DNA from: Azolla caroliniana
Lineage: Eukaryota > Plantae > Polypodiophyta
Direction of reading: 5' to 3'
Assembly: GCA_043228905.1 (NCBI GenBank)
Contig: JBHGNT010000016.1
Coordinates: forward strand, 8,308,001 to 8,372,000
DNA: 64,000 nucleotides
Shown here: piece after piece, positions 54,025 through 64,000 of the stretch
How the letters are laid out: each line of letters opens with the position of its first letter
Position numbering within the stretch: the stretch's first letter is position 1
Notes under the pieces: model-generated
The model's input: the letters and a program-made list of their open reading frames with translations, nothing else
What the model was told of the DNA's origin: nothing
Database searches by the model: none
Position numbers and translations under genes: made by a program

Positions 54025-57000
54025 TTGAAAGAGAATTATTATATTGAAGAGTAAAACGGATTACAAAGAGTAGGCTACAAAATGGCGTTGAACCAATTTA
54101 GGTCTGGGATGAGTGGTAGATCCCTATTTATAAGTAATAGAGAACACTCTAGAATATTCTAGGTCCTTCTAGAATGTAGAGTAATCTAGAAGATCTCTAA
54201 GTATTCTAGAAGGTTCTAGTGATATAGAACACTCTAGAATATTCTAGGTCATTCTAGAATGTAGAGTAATATAGAATATTCCTATTATATTAGATTTCAT
54301 ATTCTAAAAACTATACATATAAGAATATTAATACAATGGTTAAGGATTTGACATGTGTACAACAAGGTCGTGGTTTCAAATCCTTTCGAATCATAATGTG
54401 AGTGTCATGATCCTTTCAATGCATGATGTGAGTGTTATCCCCCTTCTTCGACGACATGTCTCACGGGTCGTAGGGTTTGTATTAGGACCTGGTTTATGAG
54501 GATATTGGCGATGAAATGCAATGATGAGTTCCGCAACATTGGAAAGATTTGCAGTAGGTTCCCAAGTTCGATCATTGGGGGTATAACCTAGCCAATTGAC
54601 TAAGTAATACAGCTTGTTGCGCACCGTCCAAGAACTTGACAGGTGGTGGGGGTGTCGTAAGACGGCCCGGAATTGAACTTGTAGTATAAGGTTCCAAAAG
54701 GGATACATGAAACACCGGATGAAGATGCATGTGCGGAGGGAGGTCAAGATGAAATGCAACATCACTTATCTCACCAATGATCATGTAAGGGCCAAAATGT
54801 TGGTAATCCAATTTACTGCAAGGTCTAATGGTCTTGATGTTGTGTTGGAGAAGCCATACATGATCCCCAATGCGAAACTTTTTGAGGAGTCTAGACGATG
54901 ACGATCGGCAAGTCTCTTGTGTGTAACTTGAGCATCGTGCAAATTGTGGAGAATGGTAGTGTGAATTTCTTGGAGGCGACTAAGACGATCCTCGGTAGCA
55001 GGGTTGGTAGGAACGTTTGGATGCGCATTCATCATCCACCGAGGATGACAACCCGTATTTGCGAAAAATGGGGAATGTCCTGTAGAAGAATGGGTTGAGT
55101 TGTTGTAAGCGAATTCCACCAAGTGCAAAAATTCAACCCAATCATCTTGTTGATAGTTGATGAAACAACAAAGATATTGCTCCAACGTCTGGTTGGTACG
55201 CTCAATTTGGCCATTTGTTTCGGGATGATAGCCCGAAGAAAGCTTAACCGAAATGTGGAGAAGTTTGAACATGTGCTTCCAAAACTTTGAGATGAATTGT
55301 GGAGCACGATCACTAATAATATCATCCGGCAGACCATGATGCTTAAATACCTCCCGCATAATGAGATCAACCGCCTCTTGACTAGTAGTAATCAACTTTG
55401 CACATGGCAAAAAATGTGCACATTTTGGTAAATTGATCAACCACTGTGAGAATTGCATCAAAACCTTTTGAATTTGGAAGATCAGTAATGAAGTCCAAGG
55501 ATATAGATTTCCAAGGAGTTTCCGGAATGGGAAGTGGTTGTAGTAAGCCATAGGATCGGTGATGAGGACTCTTTGATCAACAACATATATCACAGCTCTG
55601 AACATACTCCTCAACAAAATGATGAAGGCGAGGCCACCAATAGCATCGAGAAATTAATTCTAGAGTCTTGCGAACTCCAAAATGACCAGCCATTGGTGAG
55701 TCATGGCAATGTTGTAAAACTTGTAGTCGTGGGGGACCATCAGGAACATACAATAGATTTTGTTGAAATAGAAAACCACCATGCCAATAGAACTGACGAT
55801 AGTCATTACGAGGATTTTTCGACTGTGAGTGAGAAGCACGATTCGGGAGGATATGATCCAAAACATCCTTGACGAAATCATCAGTGGCCATATGATCTCG
55901 AATGGAATCAAGAAAGGTGGAATTTTCAAGAGTTGTTATGGCGTTAACTACCATTAATCATAAGCGATTGGGACCCAAAAGGATTTGTTTTTGATGCTCA
56001 AATGCAGGTTCCCCTAGACGAAGTTCCATATAAGAGAGTCGAGAAAGAGCATCTGATTTGCCTTGCTGCATCCCAGGGCGATATATGATGATAAAGTCGA
56101 AGTGAGTCAAAAATTACGCCCACCAGGCTTGTCGCCGACTCAAGACTCGAGCATTTTGGAAATAAGTTAGGTTCTTATGATCATTGTAGACAACGATCTG
56201 CTGAGAAGAACCTTTTAGAAAATGTCGCCATTGTTGAAACGAATCCACAATTGCAAGAAACTCTTTGTCATGGATCTCGTAGTTTGATCTCTACAGCTTC
56301 AAACTTTTGTGAATGAAAGGCGACAGGGTGTAGCTGTCCATCACCTCCAGTCTGTGAGAGGACACTCCCTAGTGCAAAATCAAATGCATCGGCTTCGAGG
56401 ATGAAGTATTTTGTTGGGTCGACATGTGCTAAGATAGGTGTCATTGTAAATGCTCGTTTTAAGCTTTCAAATGCCTCGGCTGCGTCTGAACTCCATATAA
56501 ATGGCCGATCTTTATGTGTGAGTTGAGTAAGCGGAAGCACAACCTTGGAATAATCTTTAATAAATTTTCGATAAAAATTTGCAAACCCGAGAAAACATTG
56601 CACATCACGCACTGAAAGGGGCGTTTGCCATTCTAAAATTGCTTGTACCTTCATGGGGTCCATAGCAATACCATCTGATGATACAACATACCCCAAAAAT
56701 TCCACTTGATTTTGGCCGAAACTACACTTTTCTAATTTTGCGTAGAGGCCATATTCTTGAAGTCGACGCAGTACCTAACGAACATGTTCATCATGCTCCT
56801 CTTGGGTCTTTGTGTAGATTAAGATATCATCTAGGTAAACTATAGTGAAGATATCAAGAAAATCTTGAAAAATATCGTTCGCCATGTTGGAAAACAACAG
56901 GTGCATTCATGAGACTGAATGGCATCACAATATACTCAAATTGTCCATAGCGAGTGCGAAAAGCTCTCTTCCATTCATCCCTCGGGCAAATTCGAACTAG

Positions 57001-57716
57001 ATTATATGCTCCGCAAAGGTCCAACTTCGTGAAATATTTTGCACCATTGAGACGTTCCAAAAGATTCGGGATTAATGGTAGAGCATATCTATTCCGGATA
57101 GTCACTTTGTTTAGCCCTCGATAATCCATGACCAACCGAAGAGTCTCATTCTTCTTCTTAACGAAGAAGATAGGTGCACCAACAGGGGATCTAGAATGCC
57201 GAATGAATCTGTTTGCCAGATTCTCATCAACATATTCCCGCAAAGTCTCTAGCTCTACAGGGGAGAGATTATAAATTGGGCCTCATGGAGGTTCTTTCCC
57301 TAGTTGTAAGTCAATAGGGTAGTCGTATGAGCGATGCTCCGGCAATGTATTGGCCTTCACCTTATCAAAGACATTTGAAAACTCCTTGTATTTCTCTAGT
57401 AGTTTAATGTCCGGTTCACGTCAAGTGGATAATGGAGTTGCTACTATTGCGAAGACAAGCATGACCTCTAGAGTAGATCCCTATTTATAAGTAATAGAGA
57501 ACACTCTAGAATATTCTAGGTCATTCTAGAATGTAGAGTAATATAGAATATTCCTATAATATTAGTTTCATATTCTAAAAACTATACATATAAGAATATT
57601 AATACAATGGTTAAGGATTTAACATGTGTACAATAAGGTTGTGGGTTCAAATCCTTTTGAGTCATAACGTGAGTGTCATGATCCTTTCGATGCATGATGT
57701 GAGTGTTATCATGACA
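53964..57716 (-). mobile_element. Ty3/gypsy chromovirus (Tcn1-like), gag/protease deleted, inserted in the LINE
   Basis: TG...CA ends with TATAT TSD; LTR 53964-about 54439 and partial LTR about 57473-57716; RT (DYRGLN, FRTRYG), RNaseH, integrase (GQIERTNQTLEQY, HPVFHVSLL), chromodomain YLVNWLGYTPNDRTWEP. Confidence 0.93.
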
Positions 57717-58973
57717 TATATAACCTTTGTACATAGTCTAACATCTCTTCATTTGTAAAGTGGCCTTTCACATCTTCTTTCTTACCCTTGAGTTTTCCCC
57801 ATGCTAATTTTGGTTGGAGCTTAAACAAGTTTTTCTTTTTCACCTCTTGCATTTGGAAATGTCTTCTTTTATTTCTCATCACTACTTTCTTATATAGGTG
57901 TCATGCAACAATCTTTTCATTTCCCCCCTCTACGGACTTAAACCATTTGAGATACATCTTACATTCATCGTCGAACCAAGAGTTACATGGAAAACTACAC
58001 ATCTTATCCCCACCCACATGCCTCTTAAAGTATTGATACCCAACCTTAAGGATGATATCCTTCAAATGTTACCAATTTTCTTTAACATCATTGCTTAGAG
58101 AAAAATTTAACAGATGGTTCTCCACTTCATTTCCATACATCTTAGCTTTTTCGTAGCAAGTTCGGATGATACCTCTACTTTCATCTTTCACTCCATGGCA
58201 TCTATTGCTGAAATGTGGAATTGCATTCTCTAAGTACAATGGCTTGTGGTATGAGTCCGGAGATAGAGAACCAACTTTAAACACTTTCACCAATGATAGA
58301 TCACATGCCAATATTAATGTGTAATCAACCACACTTCCTCCACCCGAGGATGGTAAACATGTGAGCACATTTGTCAATGGGAATGCCGTTATACCATTTA
58401 AGATAATCAAGTTTGTGCAATTTAACATATGTATCAAAAGTTTTCCATAATCTAACATGACACAATCCTCAGAGTCATGCAATAAACAACATTTTACTAC
58501 ATTTTCTTCAAATGTCTCCACATTTTGGAAATTTCCAACTCTTGCATTGAAGTTTCCCATAATTAAAACTTTACCAAGATTCTCAAATTTATGTATATCA
58601 TGACATAATTCTATAAAAGGACCGTCACAATCTAAACCCAAACCTACTATAGTAGTTTAAGTCTTTGTGAGGAATGTAACATGCAATTGTATATAACTTC
58701 TCTTTCCCCAAATTAACCTCTATCCATATGTATCTCTTATAGTCATCATATTTGCATACTTTGATAGAATTATCTAGGCTCTCATGGTATATACATGCTA
58801 TCATGGCACACCCAATATTCCCTTTGGAGTGAGGCCATATCGACTTTATGAGGTAACTGTCTATCTTAGATATACGTTTTGCCTCATGCTCCCATGTTTC
58901 ACCCAAAAATATAATATCCATACCTTAAGCTACATCATTGAGTCCTAAACCCTTATTACATGGATATCCTCTA

Positions 58974-59729
58974 TGTTGAGATACAAGCTCAACATTGGCC
59001 GGATTGGTTGTGCAAGCCAAGAACTGGATTGGTTGGAATCGATCGGTTAGGCTGGACCGGTGCGTAAACCGGGTGCGTAGACCAATGTGCAACGAGAAGC
59101 CGTAGCGATGCGTAAACCGCGAGGCCATTGGAAAGATATTCTGAGTAGGAATATATTTTGGGAGTTAGTGTAGAGCTCACTTATGAGCATTGAAGTACGT
59201 GTCAGTACTTCAGTTAGTCCGTATGGACTTGTACAAAAGTGCTCACTAAGCACATCCCATTATAGAGAGTCATTATTTTGAATCTGAATTTTCTGTTGTC
59301 CGCTCTCTCTGTCTCTCCCTCTCCTTCTCCATCTCCATCTCTGTGTTTTTTGTGTTTTACCGAACTGTCTTATTCCTTCGAACTGTGTACTTTGTGTTTA
59401 CCCACATGCTTCCGCACAACGTATTCTTTTACATGGTATCAGAGCGCGAGGGTTGAAGTCCTCTAAAACCGACAAGAAAAGCTTGCGACAAAACAGAGTT
59501 GAAGTTTCGTTTTTGTTCGGAAAAGAAAAAGACAACAATATGGACACAGGTATGGGAAGCTCGCTACCGACTGAAAAGCTCGACAGGAGCAACTACGCAT
59601 CTTGGTCGTACAAGATGCACCAGTACCTGCTTGGTCATGGCTACTGGAGTTATGTCGAAGGAGCTAATGATGTAGTACCCAATTCGACACACAGAGATTT
59701 TCTGGCTTGGGAACAAGCGGCAAGCAGAG
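58974..59729 (+). mobile_element. Ty1/copia 5' end (LTR, PBS 59434-59445, gag start) interrupted by a related copia
   Basis: TGTTGAG at 58974; TGGTATCAGAGC; EKLDRSNYASWSYKM. Confidence 0.9.
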
Positions 59730-62700
59730 TGTTGAGAGACAAGCTCAACATCGGCTGGATCGGCTGAAGAAGCCAAGGACCGGATCGGTTGGGACCGATC
59801 GGTTAGGCCGAGTGCGTAAACCGGGAGGCCGTTAGGAAAGATATTCTGTGAGGAATATATTTGGGAGTTAGTGTAGGAGCTCTTAATGAGCATTCAAGTA
59901 CTGTCAGTACTTCGGTCAGTCCTTCTAGAACTTGTATGAAAGTGTTCACTGAAGCACGTCTTATGCACAGATTGAGTATTATTGTTGAATATAGTTTTTT
60001 GTGTTTTCTCTCTCTGTCTCTCCTACGTATACCATGTAAGCTCAAGCTCTCCATTAAACCTGAGTTTCCTCCCTTCTGTTCGGTCTTCATACTTGCTTCT
60101 GCACGCTACTTTTTACATGGTATCAGAGCGCGAGGGTTGAGAACCTCTCTACAGCCGACACAACTTGACGAAGAAGAACAAGAAGAACGATGGATAGAGG
60201 CATGGCGAACTCGCTTCCAACAGAGAAGCTCGACAGAACCAACTACGCGTCTTGGTCCTACAAGATGCACCAGTACCTACTCGGACACGGCTACTGGAGT
60301 TATGTCGAAGGAGCTAATGACGCAGCACCCGAATCGACACACAGAGACTTCCCGTCGTGGGAGCAATCGGCGAGTAGGGTATTATACTGCTTCGCGTCAT
60401 GTGTGGGCGAACAACTATTGAGCTATGTTCGGGATGCAAAGACGCCGAAGAGTGCGTGGGAAAATCTGAAGAAAATTTTCGCCGCGAGCACCACAGCCAG
60501 GAAGCTTCAGTTCCGACAGGAGTTGAGCAACCTACGACAACGCGACTTGTCGGTGGTGGACTATACCTCGAAGATCAAGGATATCTGTGACTCCCTCGCC
60601 TCTATAGAGGTGAACATCGAGGAGAGCGAGATGGTCCAGATCTGTCACGGAGGTTTGGCGTCGAAGTTCGGAGCGTTCCGAACGGCTGTGTGTACCCGGG
60701 AGAATACGCCGTCCTTTTTCGACTTACAGTCGATGCTCCTGGTAGAGGAGAACCACGCGGGTGTGTCGACGAGCACGCACACCGACAAATGAATGTTGTA
60801 CACGGAGGGAGATAGGCCCTGTGGACGTGGAGGACGAGGCGAGTTGGCGCGCAATGGAGGCGGCCGACGAGATCAAGGAAGGAGGCACTGAAGTGATGCC
60901 GACAGCAACTCCGGACCCTCCGGAAATAGGGGGAGTCGAAGCGATGAGAACCGGCAAGGGAAGGCCATCGCGGAGTGCTGGTACTGTGGCAAGAAAGGCC
61001 ACAGGGAAAGCGAGTGCTGGAAGAAGCGCGCCGATTTGGAGAGAACCGGTTCCGGAAACGGCTCCGGACATACCGACAAGGGAAATCGGCAGTGATCGCA
61101 CTACGCCGAAGACTCCGGGAGAGCCGGAGAAGGGTCTGTCTTCGTGACGAGACACGAAGCAAACTCAATGAAACAAAGCACACCGAGATCGGACGAGGTG
61201 TGGTACGTAAACTCCGGCGCGTCAAACCACATGACGAGCCATAAGGAGTGGTTCTTGTACCTTGAAAAACCGATACAACCTGGAGTAGTCGCAACAGGAG
61301 ACGACACTCCGCATCCGATCGCGAATGTCGGAGAAGTTCCCCTTAGCCATTCGGGCAGAAAGGGAAACTCATGAACGTGCTGCACGTTCCGACAATCACG
61401 AAGAACTTGGTCTCGGTCGGACAGATTGTCGACCAAGGGATGGAGGTTCGGTTTACACACCTCGGGTGCTTCATTGAGGAAGAAGGCCGTGTGATTGCGC
61501 AAGGGCGCAGAGACGGGAGGATGTTCATCCTCGACTCCATTGACGGCGGCACCGCAATGTTCGCGAAGGGAAGAAAAACTGAGTCGGACATCGACTTGTG
61601 GCACAAGTGGATAGGCCACGTCAACTACCAGCGGCTTCAAGATCTGCAATCGAAACAGGTAATGTTCGGATTGCCCAAATTTAGTGGCCGAAAGGCACAA
61701 ATTTGTGAAGCCTACCAGCTCGGGAAGCAACACTGACTTCCCTTCCCCAACGAGCGAAACCGGAGCCGGAACAAGCTCGACCTTATACACTCCGATGTAT
61801 GGGGGCCAACACAAAACGTTAGTCTTGGCGGGAGCCGATATTTTGTCTCCTTCATCGATGACCACACGCGGCACACGCGGATCTACCTCATTGAGAGGAA
61901 GAGCGAAGTCTTCGACTGCTTTCGGGACCACAAAGGGTTCGTGGAAACGGAGACGGGACGAAAGATCAAGTGCCTGCGGTCGGATGGCGGGAAAGAGTAC
62001 TTTTCCGGTCAATTCAACGGTTATCTACAACAAATGGGAATTCGGCGCGAATTCAATTGTAGATACACGCTGGAGTAGAACGGCGTGGCTGAGAGGAAGA
62101 ATCGGTTAGTTGTGGAAGCGGCACAGGCAATGTTGGAGGAGAAGAGCTTGCCCAAGTTCTATTGGGCCGAGGCGGTAAGGACTGCGGTATACATCCAGAA
62201 CCGGATCGGAGACAAAGTGTCGGCGCATGAGCTATATTTCGGAACGAAGCCGAACTTGCGACACTTGAGGGTGTTCGGTAGCATTGCGTATGTGCATGTA
62301 CCGAAGGAGAGAAGGAGGAAGCTGGACGCAAAGGCCGAGAAATGCATCTTGGTCGGTTACTCGGACGAGCAGAAGGGTTATAAGTGCTATAACCCTCACA
62401 CCAAACAAGCGCGTGTCAGCCGCGACGTTGTGTTTGACGAGTCCGCGTCCTGGTACCTGCCCCCGATTACGAACCTCGACTCCAATCCGAGCTCTGACGA
62501 TGAGGTCAGCGAGGCCGAGATGCCTCCGGATGGGCCCGAAATCGAGACCCGCGAAGAGAGTCCGATTTCACTCCGGTTAAGTGGACCGATTGGACGACTG
62601 AGTCGGTACGACCAGTCTGATGAAAACCGGCGAGTAGTGGAGACTCGGCCGTGCATTCCCCGCGTAGGAAGCCGAGGAGACAGCTTACGCACAAAGAGAA

Positions 62701-64000
62701 AGGGAAGAAGAAGGTGTCGGATTCCGGCACGGAAAGGAACGAGTCAGACCGACGCGAGTCCGACTCCGAGGGAACCGGTGATGGGTCTTTAAAGGTGAAG
62801 GCCGCGTCGACCAAGAAGGCCTCGACATCGGCTAATGTGAGATTACGCCGATCTACCCGCCTGAAGAATCCTGTTTTGTGGTTCAGATACAACGAGTACA
62901 TGGCGCATCATTATGCGTACATGACCCGTGTAGCGGAAGTGCGTGAGCCAGAGAGCTACGCAGAAGCGGCTAAAGACGCGAATTGGTGTGCCGCGATGGA
63001 GGAAGAGATGCACGCACTGGCGGAGAACGAGACCTGGGACCTGGTTGACGCACTGAAGGGTTTGAAGCCAATTGGGTGTAGGTGGGTGTACAAGGTCAAG
63101 TACAACACCGATGGCTCGGTCAACCGGTACAAGGCTCGGCTAGTGGCAAAGGGCTACGCGCAGAAACACGGCATCGACTACGATGAGACGTTTGCGCCGG
63201 TCGCGAAAATGACGACCGTCCGTGTTTTGCTCGCAGTAGCTGCGGTGAAGGGGTGGCACTTACATCAGATGGATGTAAAGAATGCGTTCCTACAAGGTGA
63301 CCTTGAGGAACAGGTGTACATGGTACAACCCCCCGGATTTCACTCCGGAACGAACTCGGCAGTATGCCGACTGAAGAAGTCCCTTTACGGACTGAAGCAA
63401 GCCCCGCGTGCCTAGAACGCGAAGATCACGCAACAACTGCGTCGGATGGGCTTCGTCACGTAAAAATCGGACTCTTCCCTGTTCATCTGGAAAGGTCGAC
63501 TCGGACCGGTTAGTATTCTACTATATGTTGATGACTTGGTCATCACCGGCGCCGACCTAGGTGAAATCAACCGCGTGAAGCTCCAGCTTGCGGCATCGTT
63601 CGACATGAAGGATCTGGGGGACCTTCATTACTTCCTCGAGATCGAAGTGATCTGTACCCCCGAAGGCATATTGATCAGCCAACGTCATTACGTGCTGAGT
63701 ATGCTCTTCAAACTCGGGATGGCCGACTGTAAGTCCGTCTCGACTCCTCTGGACAGAACCATCAAGCTTCGTCCCGATACGGGAAAGGTATGCGACCCGA
63801 TGAGGTTCCGACAAATTGTCGGAAGCCTCATATACTTGACCATCACCCGACCCGACCTCAGTTATCCGGTCGGGGTGATCAGTCAGTTCATGGCGCGACC
63901 TACCGAGGAGCACCTTCAGTGTGCGCAACGCGTATTGCGGTACGTAAGTGGCACTAAGGACCGCGAACTGCTATATCGGACCAGTGCAGCCGCGCAGTTA
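59730..64000 (+). mobile_element. GC-rich Ty1/copia (LTR, PBS 60118-60129, gag-PR-INT-RT), running off the window
   Basis: gag 60190-60792, CWYCGKKGH knuckle, WYVNSGAS, integrase, MDVKNAFL and LYVDDL; several premature stops. Confidence 0.95.

Larger units (their letters stand above)
42560..58973 (-). mobile_element. APE-RT LINE, decayed and split into 42560-44574, 53694-53963 and 57717-58973 by later insertions
   Basis: Endonuclease IIFLGETW, MGNFNAR, GSVVDY; RT FKKAFDTIP, GVKQGCPLSP, FKYLGI; C-terminal EDECHLIFTC; (TTCTAA)n-like tail; frame rejoins (FKAGYKNQISNYRTIM) when the DNA transposon and one TSD are removed. Confidence 0.9.

Noticed and set aside
60602-63928. Long antisense and alternative-frame ORFs over the GC-rich copia
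   Set aside because: Expected shadow ORFs of GC-rich pol sequence with no independent motifs

Overview
Repeat-rich nuclear DNA from a land plant (most likely a fern or other seed-free plant; inferred from TE families and intron sizes). The only intact host gene is GCN2 (eIF2-alpha kinase) on the minus strand. I could trace 29 GT-AG coding exons from 41587 to 9737 that join in phase to about 1239 aa; two large introns carry Ty1/copia insertions. Both flanks are nested, decayed TEs (Copia, a chromodomain Gypsy, an APE-RT LINE). The most notable object is a 9.1-kb TIR DNA transposon (44575-53693; 36-bp TIRs, 4-bp TTAT TSD) inserted in the LINE. It encodes a Sola-like DDE transposase with a BAH/Tudor-like tail. 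Head-to-head with it lies a spliced cargo gene fusing a ParB/Srx-like domain to a bacterial-type beta-class DNA amino-methyltransferase (DIPY...FSGTG). The first intron of that gene holds seven 25-bp palindromes phased about 51 bp apart. This copy is damaged by frameshifts and stops. All coordinates were read by eye, and no database searches were run.
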